64,000 bases of DNA, from positions 352,001 to 416,000 of the forward strand of contig OZ241981.1 in NCBI GenBank assembly GCA_965204345.1, in the 5' to 3' direction. This document shows positions 1-9,671 of this stretch, piece by piece. Position numbers and translations under genes: made by a program. The notes beneath the pieces were generated by a model. That model worked only from the letters and a program-made list of their open reading frames with translations, was not told where the DNA came from and ran no database searches. The stretch's first letter is position 1, and each line of letters opens with the position of its first letter. The DNA is from Nitrosopumilus sp. (GTDB lineage: Archaea > Thermoproteota > Nitrososphaeria > Nitrososphaerales > Nitrosopumilaceae).

Positions 1-149
1 TGGAGGTAAGAAGCGTCAGGGAACTAAGCGTGCTGGATTTAGCTCCAGGGTCAGATCCAATTAGACTAGCAGTTTATTCCAAAGCAGCAATAAAGGAAGT
101 TGGAGAAATCAAATCAACGCATCTAGAGGTAATGGTGAAAACACAGTGA
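1..149 (+). CDS. rpl4: 50S ribosomal protein L4 (C-terminal part, truncated by window edge)
   Basis: Frame from nt 3 reads EVRSVRELSVLDLAPGSDPIRLAVYSKAAIKE...KTQ*; LAPG motif of archaeal L4; TGA at 147-149 overlaps the L23 GTG start. Confidence 0.9.
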   Translation, partial: EVRSVRELSVLDLAPGSDPIRLAVYSKAAIKEVGEIKSTHLEVMVKTQ

Positions 150-412
150 ATGTAGATCAGGCAATGAAGGTAATTATCAAGCCATACATTACAGAGAAGA
201 CCTTTGCAATGATTGAAAATGAGAGTAAAATATGCTTCATAGTAGACAAGTCTGCAAATAAATCAGAGATTTCAGAGGCAGTAAGAACGCTATACAAAGA
301 AAAAGTCAAAAAAGTCAATACTGCAAGGACAATTTACGGCAAAAAGGCATTTGTTGAGTTTGAAAACACCGAAAAAGCCAGAGACTTGGCAACAAAGATA
401 GGAATGCTATAA
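146..412 (+). CDS. rpl23: 50S ribosomal protein L23
   Basis: IIKPYITEK...VKKVNT...KKAFV motifs; operon position after L4. Confidence 0.97.
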   Translation: MNVDQAMKVIIKPYITEKTFAMIENESKICFIVDKSANKSEISEAVRTLYKEKVKKVNTARTIYGKKAFVEFENTEKARDLATKIGML

Positions 413-456
413 TATGGACCATAAAACTCGAAGTACACTAACAGAGGAACAAAGAG

Positions 457-852
457 ATGGTTAAAGAATTTCTATACAGGGGCATTCCAAAGGAGGAATT
501 AGATAATCTGTCATTAGAAAAATTATTCTTGCTGTTTAATGCAAGACAGAGGCGATCACTTAGGAGAGGAATTACCGATGGAAAAAGAAAACTAATCGAG
601 GAGATAAAATCTGCAAAAGCAGGCAAATTAAAAAACCCTATCAAAACACATCTGAGGGATTTGATCATATTGCCATACATGGTAGGAGTTACGGTAAACA
701 CATTCTCAGGAAAAGAATTCCAGCCAGTTGCAATAACAACTGAGATGATTGGACACTATTTGGGAGAGTATGTAATAACAAACAAGAGAGTTTCGCATGG
801 TGCGCCTGGTGTAGGTGCATCAAGATCTAGTCTCTACGTGCCATTAAAGTGA
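457..852 (+). CDS. rps19: 30S ribosomal protein S19
   Basis: KTHLRDLIILP...EMIGHYLGEY...HGAPGVGASRSS. Confidence 0.98.
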   Translation: MVKEFLYRGIPKEELDNLSLEKLFLLFNARQRRSLRRGITDGKRKLIEEIKSAKAGKLKNPIKTHLRDLIILPYMVGVTVNTFSGKEFQPVAITTEMIGHYLGEYVITNKRVSHGAPGVGASRSSLYVPLK

Positions 853-857
853 TTGTC

Positions 858-1316
858 ATGGGTAGATACAATTACGCTTTCCAAAATTATGACCCAACAA
901 GACACGTACGTTCTTCGCTGAGGGAAAAAGACATTTCACACAAGCATGCACGTGAAGTTGCAGTATCAATAAAAGGACTGTCAATTGAAAAAGCAAGAGA
1001 TTACATGCTCACAATAATAGAAAGAAAGCGAGCTGTTCCATTTAGAAGATACAAAAACCAGGTAGGACACAGGCCCGACCCGGGAGTAATGTCTGGACGC
1101 TATCCACAAAAAACAGCAAAAGAGTTCATCAAGGTTTTGGATAATTTGGAATCAAACGCAGAATACAAAGGAATGGATTTGGACAGGTTGAGAATTGTCA
1201 ATGCAACAGTTCACAAGGGAGTAATTGTAAAAAGGTTCATTCCAAGAGCAATGGGAAGGGCAACTCCAAAGAACAACGTATTAACACATGTAGAATTGGT
1301 GGCAAAGGAGATTTAG
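858..1316 (+). CDS. rpl22: 50S ribosomal protein L22
   Basis: [10 protein letters not shown]...GRYPQK...PRAMGRATP; ATG at 858 preferred over GTG at 849. Confidence 0.96.
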   Translation: MGRYNYAFQNYDPTRHVRSSLREKDISHKHAREVAVSIKGLSIEKARDYMLTIIERKRAVPFRRYKNQVGHRPDPGVMSGRYPQKTAKEFIKVLDNLESNAEYKGMDLDRLRIVNATVHKGVIVKRFIPRAMGRATPKNNVLTHVELVAKEI

Positions 1317-1318
1317 AA

Positions 1319-2107
1319 ATGTCAGCAGTCAAAAACGTAATCAAAGACAACTACAACATGATGTTACTCAAGGATTATCTCAGAGAAGCAATCAAAGATG
1401 CGGGATTCTCACATGCAGAAATTTCAAAAACACCTGTAGGTACAAAGGTTGCATTGCATGTAACAAGACCGGGAATTGTGATTGGTAGAAAAGGTTCAGG
1501 CATCAGATCACTGACAGAAAAGCTTGCAGAGGACTTTGGATTGAAAAACCCGCAAATTTCAGTAGTAGAAATTGAAAAACCAGAATTGGCACCAAGCGTA
1601 ATGTGTAACAGAATGGCATCGCACTTGGAGAGGGGAACTGCATTTAGAAGGGCAACAATGTGGACTCTGAAGCAGATTATAGAGGGAGGAGCAATGGGAG
1701 TTCAGATTACAATTTCAGGCAAGCTAAGAGGCGATCGTTCAGCATTTGAAAAACACACACAGGGAATTCTGCCAAGGGCAGGTCATCATGCAGAAATCAT
1801 AGTGGATGAGGATATTGCACATGTGCAAACTCCGATGGGATTAATCGGAATTAGGATAAGAATTGCAAGAAAAGAAAAGTTGGTTCCAGAATTTGAAATG
1901 AGAACCCAAAAGGCAATAAAGTCCAAAGAATCGCAGCAAGATAAAGTCAAGGTAGAAGAGATTGAAGTTGCAGGTGCCAAAGTCGAAGTGGTTAAAGTAG
2001 AGGGCAAAGAAGATACTGCCAAATCAGAGTCAGAAAGAATAGCACAGGAAGCAAAGAAGATGGAAAAAATTGAAACGCTTGAAGAAGAGGAGGCCAAGAT
2101 GAAATGA
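1319..2107 (+). CDS. rps3: 30S ribosomal protein S3 with charged C-terminal extension
   Basis: KH motif [29 protein letters not shown]; ~65 aa Glu/Lys-rich tail. Confidence 0.97.
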   Translation: MSAVKNVIKDNYNMMLLKDYLREAIKDAGFSHAEISKTPVGTKVALHVTRPGIVIGRKGSGIRSLTEKLAEDFGLKNPQISVVEIEKPELAPSVMCNRMASHLERGTAFRRATMWTLKQIIEGGAMGVQITISGKLRGDRSAFEKHTQGILPRAGHHAEIIVDEDIAHVQTPMGLIGIRIRIARKEKLVPEFEMRTQKAIKSKESQQDKVKVEEIEVAGAKVEVVKVEGKEDTAKSESERIAQEAKKMEKIETLEEEEAKMK

Positions 2108-2310
2108 CTCGAATCAGCATGAAGACAATCAAGCAGCTAAATGAAAAGGATCTTAAGAGTAAAATTCAAGAGGCACGCAGCGAACTTGGCAAGCTTAGAG
2201 TTGATGCATCAAAAGGAACCCTGAGAAAGGAAAGTGGAAAATTAAGACCTTTACGGCACGACATTGCAAGAATGCTGACAAGATTAAGCGAGATGAGAAA
2301 CGAAAAATGA
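2104..2310 (+). CDS. rpl29: 50S ribosomal protein L29
   Basis: [13 protein letters not shown] motif; operon position. Confidence 0.93.
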   Translation: MTRISMKTIKQLNEKDLKSKIQEARSELGKLRVDASKGTLRKESGKLRPLRHDIARMLTRLSEMRNEK

Positions 2311-2573
2311 TCACAGCAGAGAACATCACTTCACATGAATTTGTCGGACTAGACACAGAGATCATCAGGTCAACAAACCCGCAGGTAGTAGGATTAAATG
2401 GAAGAATTGTCAATGAAACAAAATCCATGTTTGCAATAAAGACACAAAAAGGCACAAAATCCATTGCAAAACGTAATAACAGTTGGAAATTTTCAATTAT
2501 GGGCAGAGAGATAGTCCTTGATGGCAAAAAAATTGCAAAGAGGCCATTTGACAGAATAGGAGGAAAGGCATGA
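2307..2573 (+). CDS. rnp1: Ribonuclease P protein subunit Rpp29/POP4
   Basis: HEFVGL...GLNGRIVNETK...LDGKKIAKRPFDRI; canonical position between L29 and S17 in archaea. Confidence 0.93.
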   Translation: MITAENITSHEFVGLDTEIIRSTNPQVVGLNGRIVNETKSMFAIKTQKGTKSIAKRNNSWKFSIMGREIVLDGKKIAKRPFDRIGGKA

Positions 2574-2893
2574 CCCAAAACATAGGATTAAAGGTCAAAG
2601 AGCCGACAAGAGAATGCACAGATAAAAACTGTCCATTTCACGCTGGGTTATCCATCAGGGGAAAACTCTTTGAGGGCAAAGTAACAGGAAACAAAGCAAA
2701 ACAAACCATAACATTACAAAAAGATTCACCGGTGTACTTTAACAAATTCAAGAGATATGCAAGAGGCAAAAGCACCATTCATGCACATGTTCCAGGGTGT
2801 ATTGACATAGAATTGGGCGATCAGGTGCTAACAGCAGAATGCAGACCCATAGCAAAATCCGTATCATATGTTGTTGTGGAGGTTAAGACATAA
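2570..2893 (+). CDS. rps17: 30S ribosomal protein S17
   Basis: CTDKNCPFH...KFKRY...AECRPIAKSV. Confidence 0.97.
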   Translation: MTQNIGLKVKEPTRECTDKNCPFHAGLSIRGKLFEGKVTGNKAKQTITLQKDSPVYFNKFKRYARGKSTIHAHVPGCIDIELGDQVLTAECRPIAKSVSYVVVEVKT

Positions 2894-3315
2894 TGGCAAA
2901 ACAAGCAGGTAAGGGAGTAGAAGAATTCCGCCCATATGTGACTAAGGTAATTCCCGTAGGTGCAAACATTGTGTGTGCAGATAATTCAGGTGCCAAGATT
3001 TTAGAAGTAATTAACGTTCCAAGACACAAAACAAGAGCATCAAGACTGCCATCAGCATCCGTAGGAGACTTTTGCAATGTTGTAGTAAAGAAGGGACCGG
3101 CAGAATTAAGAAAGCAGGTTTATGGCGCTGTAATTGTCAGACAAAAATATGCAGTTCGTAGGTTAAATGGCGTAAGAGTCTGTTTTGAAGACAATGCAGC
3201 AGTTTTGATCACCCCAGAGGGAGAAACAAAGGGAACAGACATCAAGGGGCCAGTGGCAGCCGAAGCTTCAGAAAAATGGCCAAGAGTAGCTAATTTGGCA
3301 TCAATGGTGGTATGA
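2893..3315 (+). CDS. rpl14: 50S ribosomal protein L14
   Basis: CADNSGAK...FEDNAAVL...KGPVAAE. Confidence 0.98.
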   Translation: MAKQAGKGVEEFRPYVTKVIPVGANIVCADNSGAKILEVINVPRHKTRASRLPSASVGDFCNVVVKKGPAELRKQVYGAVIVRQKYAVRRLNGVRVCFEDNAAVLITPEGETKGTDIKGPVAAEASEKWPRVANLASMVV

Positions 3316-3319
3316 TAAA

Positions 3320-3856
3320 ATGAAACCAACTAAAATGCGTAACCAAATGATATATCAGGCGACTCACAAGACAAGAAGTAAGCAGTTGGGCAGTGCGTTA
3401 TCTAAGGATCTTCATAAAAAATACGGCAAAAGAAGCGTAAGAGTTGTCGAGGGAGACAGCGTTACAATACTAAGAGGGGAATTCAAAGGAGTAGATGGCA
3501 AAATTGCAAAAGTAGATACGCAAAAAAACAGTGTTGCAATAGAAGGCATAAAGAAAGAGGCAACCAAAGGTGAAAAGTATGATGTATACATTCACACATC
3601 CAATCTAATAGTCACTTCACTTAACGGAGACGACAAATGGAGAATTGCAAAACTAGAAGGCAAGGATCCAAGAAAGCAGCCAAAGACTCAAACCAACCCC
3701 GCAGCATCAGCAGTAGCAAAAGAAGAATCACCCAAGGAAGCAAAGGTAGAATCACCCAAGGAAGCAAAGGTAGAATCACCCAAGGAAGCAAAAGAAGAAT
3801 CGCCTAAAGAAACAAAAGTAGCAGATAGCCCCGAAAAAGAGGAGGATAAAAAATAA
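3320..3856 (+). CDS. rpl24: 50S ribosomal protein L24 with repetitive C-terminal tail
   Basis: [13 protein letters not shown]...[13 protein letters not shown] (KOW)...IHTSNL; tail of ESPKEAKV repeats. Confidence 0.96.
   Translation: MKPTKMRNQMIYQATHKTRSKQLGSALSKDLHKKYGKRSVRVVEGDSVTILRGEFKGVDGKIAKVDTQKNSVAIEGIKKEATKGEKYDVYIHTSNLIVTSLNGDDKWRIAKLEGKDPRKQPKTQTNPAASAVAKEESPKEAKVESPKEAKVESPKEAKEESPKETKVADSPEKEEDKK
3724..3820 (+). repeat. 24-nt tandem repeat (~4 copies) encoding [16 protein letters not shown]
   Basis: agaatcacccaaggaagcaaa(g/a) units starting at 3724, 3748, 3772 and a diverged one at 3796. Confidence 0.9.
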
Positions 3857-4572
3857 TGGTAAGTATCTCTGGCAGCAAAAAACTCAAACGTCAAATGGCC
3901 CCACAGTTTTGGGGAATTACTAGAAAAGACAAGAGATTTGTTATTACAGTAAAACCAGGTCCACACAAAAAGAGCTATGCAATACCAACTGCCGTATTTC
4001 TCAGAGATACAATAAAGATTGTAACTAGCCTAAGAGAAGCCAAGGCATCAATCTATTCAGGCAAAGTAAAAGTTGACGGGGTTGTAAGAAAATCACTTCA
4101 TCATGCAATAGGGTTAATGGACATTGTTGAACTAGAGAATGTTTCAGACATTTATCGTCTAGTCCCAACAGAAGAAAAAATCCTAAAGCCAATAAGGATT
4201 AACGAATCAGAAAAATCAAAAAAGCTTGTCAGAGTTGTAAACAAGACCACAATCAACAAAGGCAAATTACAGATAGGATTTCATGACGGGCGTTCAATAA
4301 TTTCAGATGCTAAAGTCAGTGTGGGAGATACGTGTCTGATACAGGTCCCAGAACAAAAGATTCTAGACATAATAAAATTAGAAGCAGGCTGCCAAGGATT
4401 GGTAACACGTGGAAATAACGCAGGACAAATTGGTAAAATTGAAAACATAGAGGAAGGCACATTCATCCTTCCAAAAAGAGTCATACTTAGATTAGGAGAT
4501 AGAAAAATCGAAATTCCTGCAGATATCATTATGCCGGTTGGAAAAGAGGAGCCAATAATCCAATTAAAGTGA
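3856..4572 (+). CDS. rps4e: 30S ribosomal protein S4e
   Basis: LKRQMAPQFW...PGPH...IGLMDIV...FHDGR...GNNAGQIG. Confidence 0.97.
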   Translation: MVSISGSKKLKRQMAPQFWGITRKDKRFVITVKPGPHKKSYAIPTAVFLRDTIKIVTSLREAKASIYSGKVKVDGVVRKSLHHAIGLMDIVELENVSDIYRLVPTEEKILKPIRINESEKSKKLVRVVNKTTINKGKLQIGFHDGRSIISDAKVSVGDTCLIQVPEQKILDIIKLEAGCQGLVTRGNNAGQIGKIENIEEGTFILPKRVILRLGDRKIEIPADIIMPVGKEEPIIQLK

Positions 4573-4576
4573 TCGT

Positions 4577-5098
4577 ATGTCTCAGATAACAGAATCCCCA
4601 ATGAAAAAGATCTCATTAGAGAAAGTCGTGTTAAACATGGGGCTAGGCAAGTCAGGGGACATAATCAATATTGCACAAAAAGCATTGGAACAAATTTCCG
4701 GAAAAAAACCATCTACGCGTAACGCCAAAGCCGCATACAGGGACTGGGGGGTTCGAAAAGGAGAACCAATAGGAGTAGCAGTTACGGTTAGAGGAAAAGA
4801 CGGAATAGAGTTACTAAAAAGATTACTTGAGGCAAAGGGCAACACAGTTAGCGGCAAATCATTTGACAACTTTGGAAATTTTTCATTTGGAATCAGTGAA
4901 CACATAGACATTCCAGGCGTAAAATATGATCCACAAATCGGAATTTTAGGTCTAGGCATTTCAATTACATTAACCAGGCCCGGATACGGAATACGAACCA
5001 GAAGTAAACACAAGGCAAGAGTTGGAAAAAGCCACATTATCAAAAGCCAAGAGGCAAAAGATTATCTAGCAAAAGAATTTGGAGTCACTGTAACATAA
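4577..5098 (+). CDS. rpl5: 50S ribosomal protein L5
   Basis: EKVVLNMG...FDNFGNFSFGISEHIDIPGVKYDP. Confidence 0.98.
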   Translation: MSQITESPMKKISLEKVVLNMGLGKSGDIINIAQKALEQISGKKPSTRNAKAAYRDWGVRKGEPIGVAVTVRGKDGIELLKRLLEAKGNTVSGKSFDNFGNFSFGISEHIDIPGVKYDPQIGILGLGISITLTRPGYGIRTRSKHKARVGKSHIIKSQEAKDYLAKEFGVTVT

Positions 5099-5277
5099 TG
5101 GTAAAAGACAGATCCTATGAGGCAACCGGAAGAAAAAAGCATGATTTTGGCAGGGGTTCAAGATGGTGTAAAAGATGTGGAGATTATACAGCAGTTATCC
5201 AAAAATATGACTTGATGCTATGCAGGCGATGCTTTAGAGAAGTAGCAACATCTTTAGGGTTCAGGAAAAACAAGTGA
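5098..5277 (+). CDS. rps14: 30S ribosomal protein S14 (zinc-binding; absent from the ORF track)
   Basis: Manual translation MVKDRSYEATGRKKHDFGRGSRWCKRCG...LMLCRRCFREVATSLGFRKNK (59 aa), CxxC...CxxC. Confidence 0.96.
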   Translation: MVKDRSYEATGRKKHDFGRGSRWCKRCGDYTAVIQKYDLMLCRRCFREVATSLGFRKNK

Positions 5278-5283
5278 GATATA

Positions 5284-5676
5284 ATGCCGGCAACCAACAT
5301 TTTAGCAAACCTATTTGTTACATTATACAACAATGAAACTAGGAGAAAGGGGGACTGTATAATACTTCCAACATCAAAACTAGGAATTGAGGTTCTAAAG
5401 ACACTTCAGAAGGACGGATACATTGGAGAATTTGAGCATATTGATGACAAAAGGGGAGGAAAATTCAAGATTAAACTATTGGCAAAAATAACAAAATGCG
5501 GAGCAATATCCCCAAGATTCAAAGTAAAAAATGACGAATACAATAATTGGGAGCAACAGTACTTGCCAGCATACGATAGAGGAATGCTTCTTGTTACAAC
5601 AAACCAAGGCGTAATGTCCCATCACGAGGCATCACAAAAAGGAATCGGGGGATTTTTGATAGGCTATGTCTACTAA
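5284..5676 (+). CDS. rps8: 30S ribosomal protein S8
   Basis: GYIGEFE...KCGAISPRF...TTNQGVMSHHEA...GG. Confidence 0.97.
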   Translation: MPATNILANLFVTLYNNETRRKGDCIILPTSKLGIEVLKTLQKDGYIGEFEHIDDKRGGKFKIKLLAKITKCGAISPRFKVKNDEYNNWEQQYLPAYDRGMLLVTTNQGVMSHHEASQKGIGGFLIGYVY

Positions 5677-6223
5677 ACAAATCGAAGAGTTCAAAGACGA
5701 GGTAGAGATTCCTCAGGACGTCACTGTGTCATTAAACAAACACATGATGTCATTTGTAGGACCGCTGGGAAAAACACACAAAAGCTTTAGAAAAATTCCA
5801 ATAAATTGTGAAATTGTTGGAAATAAGATATTGCTTACTACAATTGGATCTAAAAAAAGAGATTATGCAATTTTGCATACGGCAAGATCAATTATTAGGA
5901 ATATTTGCGAGGGTCTAATCACAGGCTATACCATTAAAATGAAAATTGTATTCTCACACTTTCCAATTACAGTCAAAGTGGAAGGAAGAAAAATTCTAAT
6001 TGAAAACTTTCAAGGAGAAAGGGCCCCAAGAACTACTCACATTGTGGGAAACACAAAGGTAATTCCAAAGGGTGAGGATGTAATTCTCACAGGAGAAGTG
6101 TGGACTGACATCACCCAAACTGCTGCAAATATTGAACTAAGATCCAAAGTAAAAAACAAGGATCACAGGGTGTTCTTAGATGGCATCTATGCCTTTGAAA
6201 AGAAGAAAGGCATAGACAAGTAA
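5666..6223 (+). CDS. rpl6: 50S ribosomal protein L6
   Basis: GPLG...SHFPI...ENFQGE...QTAANIE...KDHRVFLDGIY. Confidence 0.97.
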   Translation: MSTKQIEEFKDEVEIPQDVTVSLNKHMMSFVGPLGKTHKSFRKIPINCEIVGNKILLTTIGSKKRDYAILHTARSIIRNICEGLITGYTIKMKIVFSHFPITVKVEGRKILIENFQGERAPRTTHIVGNTKVIPKGEDVILTGEVWTDITQTAANIELRSKVKNKDHRVFLDGIYAFEKKKGIDK

Positions 6224-6240
6224 AAAAAACAAGTTTGCCA

Positions 6241-6528
6241 ATGACTCTTGATCCTGAATTTTCAAAACAGACAACAGACCTAATCAAACAGACACTAGAA
6301 CTATACAAGTCTGCAGGAGCATCTCCCAGAATTGGGGAAACATGGAATTGTGAAAACATTGGAGACTTTCTATGCGGGTTTTTTGTAGGAGAAATGGTAG
6401 GTTCGGCACTCAGTGCATTTCAGATTGTTCATCAGAGGGAACCAACAGCAGATGAGCATCTAGAAATTATTGAGTTAGTTGAAGGCCATGCAAAAGAAAT
6501 CAAAGAATTTTTTGCAAAATTTAACTAA
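6241..6528 (+). CDS. Hypothetical protein
   Basis: Clean ~95 aa ORF following L6 with normal composition; ATG at 6241. Confidence 0.75.
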   Translation: MTLDPEFSKQTTDLIKQTLELYKSAGASPRIGETWNCENIGDFLCGFFVGEMVGSALSAFQIVHQREPTADEHLEIIELVEGHAKEIKEFFAKFN

Positions 6529-6598
6529 ACTTGTGGGACTTTGGTCTAATTTTGATAGTAGCAAAGATTAAATCACTTTTGCCAAGGTCTAAATTTGT

Positions 6599-6672
6599 GC
6601 CTCCCTAGCTCAGCGTGGTAGAGCAACCGGCTGTTAACCGGTTGGTCACCAGTTCAAGTCTGGTGGGAGGCG
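6599..6672 (+). tRNA. tRNA-Asn (GTT), intron-less, CCA not encoded
   Basis: Acceptor stem GCCTCCC/GGGAGGC, D-arm GCTC...GAGC, anticodon arm ACCGG-CT-GTT-AA-CCGGT, T-arm ACCAG-TTCAAGT-CTGGT. Confidence 0.97.
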
Positions 6673-6676
6673 CTTT

Positions 6677-6700
6677 ATTTCTAAACTCGGGTTTAGAAAT
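6677..6700. repeat. Dispersed palindrome, copy 1
   Basis: ATTTCTAAAC-TCGG-GTTTAGAAAT, perfect 10-bp arms. Confidence 0.85.
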
Positions 6701-6742
6701 GAAGATGACCTGGCACTAATTTGCACGTGTGAAAAAAATAAT

Positions 6743-6766
6743 ATTTCAAAACTCGAATTTAGAAAT
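6743..6766. repeat. Dispersed palindrome, copy 2 (imperfect)
   Basis: ATTTCAAAACTCGAATTTAGAAAT, 2 mismatches to the consensus. Confidence 0.8.
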
Positions 6767-6856
6767 ATTGATCGATTGTTAGCAATTAGTTTACTCCATT
6801 AGACAACATAGATCTAATAGATGATCGCACATTAAGAATAATGCAGGAGGTTTACA

Positions 6857-7111
6857 TTGGTCAGAACTAGGAGGGCCAATAGGTATTGTGTGGACTGCGG
6901 AGCAAGACTTGTGTATTATCCAAGATTGTCAAATCCAAAGGCGCCAAATGAGCACAGGGTACTAGTATATGCATGCCCGGACTGTACTGAGGATTTTGAA
7001 AAACCAAAAATGTTCTCAATTAAGCGCAATCAGGTAGAGGATCCTCTAGAAACAGTGGAGATTGAAATTACGCAATCACAGAAAAAAACAATAATCGCAA
7101 AAAAAGTTTGA
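6857..7111 (+). CDS. Small zinc-ribbon protein
   Basis: YCVDCG ... YACPDC Cys pairs; TTG start after AGGAGG. Confidence 0.75.
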   Translation: MVRTRRANRYCVDCGARLVYYPRLSNPKAPNEHRVLVYACPDCTEDFEKPKMFSIKRNQVEDPLETVEIEITQSQKKTIIAKKV

Positions 7112-7117
7112 AAAATA

Positions 7118-7345
7118 ATGTCATATCCAGAAAAACCCAGAAGCAATACGTGGTTCTTGTTGCCAATTTTTTTCGGAGTAATTGGGGGAATAATAGCGTT
7201 TTTTGTCTTACGACGAGATGATCCTCGTAAAGCAAGGAATTGTTTGTATGTAGGACTTGCGTTTATGTTTGTTGGAATACTATTAAACGGATTTGTTGCA
7301 TATCAGATACCTGAATTGTCCCAGGACTTTAGTGTAAACACATAA
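7118..7345 (+). CDS. Small two-TM membrane protein
   Basis: WFLLPIFFGVIGGIIAFFVLRRDDPRKARNCLYVGL; two hydrophobic segments. Confidence 0.8.
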   Translation: MSYPEKPRSNTWFLLPIFFGVIGGIIAFFVLRRDDPRKARNCLYVGLAFMFVGILLNGFVAYQIPELSQDFSVNT

Positions 7346-7379
7346 TGCAAATTTGATTGAATTACACTAACAATAACAT

Positions 7380-7407
7380 ATGTTTCTAAATTCAAATTTA
7401 GAAACAT
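7380..7407. repeat. Dispersed palindrome, copy 3
   Basis: ATGTTTCTAAATT-CA-AATTTAGAAACAT, perfect 13-bp arms. Confidence 0.85.
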
Positions 7408-7464
7408 TATAAATCAAATAGGGGAAACTTTAGAATCATATAGAACCATCTGAGAAGAAACAAC

Positions 7465-7914
7465 ATGAGTGTGTCTAGGATGCGAGACAATGTAGAACGA
7501 TGGATAATTCATGAAGGACTTTCTTTTGAGGAAGTAAAGAACCCAGAAAACATATTCCAAATTCTTGTAAAACATGCAGGTCAATCAGGCATACCAGTAG
7601 ACGTGTTTGAGCCAAAAGGACAGCCCGGAATTCTAGTAGTAGGAGCCAAAGTAGTAATGAAAAACAATCAGATTGCGAGATATTTAGGGTTTAGTGAAGA
7701 AGAAAAGGAGAGATTTAAAAAAAAAGTGTCTGATTTTTGCTATTCCATACAGGCAATCAACAAAATTATCACAGAGGATGGAAAAACAAAGCTTGGGGTC
7801 TATGTGGTCCTAGACGACAGGGAAAACATCAATCAGCAAACAATGCTTGGTGCAATAGACAGTGTTTCTGAAAAATATGATAAGACATCCAGATTTTTGT
7901 TAAAGACATTCTAA
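7465..7914 (+). CDS. Hypothetical protein (DUF2299-like)
   Basis: 149 aa ORF; N-terminal VERWIIHEGL resembles archaeal DUF2299 proteins (family call tentative). Confidence 0.65.
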   Translation: MSVSRMRDNVERWIIHEGLSFEEVKNPENIFQILVKHAGQSGIPVDVFEPKGQPGILVVGAKVVMKNNQIARYLGFSEEEKERFKKKVSDFCYSIQAINKIITEDGKTKLGVYVVLDDRENINQQTMLGAIDSVSEKYDKTSRFLLKTF

Positions 7915-9083
7915 AAAAACAATGATTCACAAGCAGCCCTACGCGGATATTATATCAAATATTTGCCATATCAGATAGAGAGGCATGAAAACAACCATTC
8001 TTGCAAAACAAATCACAAAAAAACACACTTTAAAGATAAATTTTTTAAAAACCCAAATTTTGAGATTCAAGTCTTCTTCTTCTTCTTGCTCAAAAACAAG
8101 GTCTTTGAGGGTGGTTAACTGTAACAGTAATGATGTTTGTAAAATGAACGTTTTCAGCAGGATATTCAAACACACTGCAAAAAATTTTGAGACAGGTGTT
8201 AGCGTTAATGCTAACAAACTCAGAGTTGAAAATGCAGCTTCAGGATGGGAGGCAATTTAAAATTAAATATTTTCAAAATAACAGTGGAGATTTTGGTTGC
8301 ATATGGCAAAACAGAGGCTCAGTTCCCTCCTTCCTCCCCCCTTCCCCTATTGATAAAATGTAGTACAGTTAGAATTATGTAATTTATGCACAAAGTTATG
8401 AACTTGAAATTCTAAAAAATATTTGTTATTCTACTTTGATTGGATTTCCTTGCAAAGCACTGAATCGAATTCTTTTGTTTTTTGGACTATTGTTTTTGGA
8501 CCATTTTTTCAATCATTTTCTTTATTTTTTGTCAAAAAATAGGGGGTTGAGCTTTTAGGCACAGCAATAATAGTTTGGACATGTTTAGCTAGGAGAGCTT
8601 GGTGGAATTATGATTGCATCTTGTATCTAGGCACAAGTGTTCAACCCCCCATCAAAATGCCTGTTTTTGAAAATTTCACATTGTGCCTAAACCGGATATT
8701 TTTTAGGGGGGGTTTAACGTCTAGGCATAGTTTTACAAAAAGCGGTTTATTCTAAAAATTTTTCAAAAAAATTGGCGGGTCTGTCAGACTAGCCAAACTG
8801 ATCAGTGACTTTGGTATTTTTTTTTTTCTGTGCTCTGCCAAAAAGCCTGAAATTACACCATTTCCACATCTTTGAACCCTAGTTCTTGTGCAGTTTCAAA
8901 TGCCATGCCCCAGTGTTTCCATAAAATCCACAACTATACCCCTAGGGGATCTGTTTGAATAATAGGCCTAATCCATGATTTTTTTGCGTTATTTTTTGCA
9001 TTAATCCCCAGGGAGGGTTTCTGAGGAGAAATTTGGCATATTATTGCCGTTTCAACTATATACCAAAATAATCCCGTAAATTC

Positions 9084-9569
9084 ATGGCAAGCATGGGAGT
9101 AATAATTGTAGTTGGAGCAATTGTAGCTTCAATGGTTGTTGCAAATTTTATGTATACACAGTATACCACAAATTTTATCGAGACCACAGTGGGTCAAAAA
9201 GTCAAGGTAGGCCCTGTAGAATACGTTGTGACGTTTGAAGGAACACATGAGGGCAGCAAGGAGGTTGTTCCAGAGAACATATTTGTAAAGATTGGAATCG
9301 AGGCCAAAAATATAGGAGATGAAAGAACGCTCTTTTCAGGAGGGCAGCTATACATTGTCGATGAAAAAGAGCAGAAACACGAGGCGACATACGGAGAATT
9401 CTCATCCAAAGACTTGCTTTTAGAATGGATTGAACCAGACAGAGCAGTTGAGAGAACTACACAATTTGACATTCCGTTTGATGATGAAAAACAGTACAAA
9501 GTAATCATCAGACCGCAAAAAGATCAATCAACGACAGATACTGCACTGGTTTGCATTACAAATTGCTGA
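9084..9569 (+). CDS. Membrane-anchored DUF4352-like Ig-fold protein
   Basis: N-terminal TM helix; FVKIGIEAKNIG...YIVDEKEQKHE...IEP...TTQFDIP pattern. Confidence 0.7.
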   Translation: MASMGVIIVVGAIVASMVVANFMYTQYTTNFIETTVGQKVKVGPVEYVVTFEGTHEGSKEVVPENIFVKIGIEAKNIGDERTLFSGGQLYIVDEKEQKHEATYGEFSSKDLLLEWIEPDRAVERTTQFDIPFDDEKQYKVIIRPQKDQSTTDTALVCITNC

Positions 9570-9671
9570 TCGGAAAAATTACAAAATGAAAAAAAGTGTC
9601 AAATTTTTCCATAGTTTGCGTAGTATTGTATGACTTTTACCATATAACACAGATGATTTTTGCAAATAGTC

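Noticed and set aside
412-457. Absence of rpl2 between L23 and S19, and the operon ending at L6
   Set aside because: Split r-protein clusters are, to my knowledge, usual in this lineage; the missing genes are likely elsewhere.
6599-6700. tRNA-Asn as an integration site
   Set aside because: No duplicate of its 3' end and no integrase found in the window; downstream genes look like core small genes.
7939-8260. Overlapping ORFs 7939-8217(-) and 7985-8260(+)
   Set aside because: Low-complexity, no recognisable motif; at most a short + strand peptide at the 3' end, which I cannot support.
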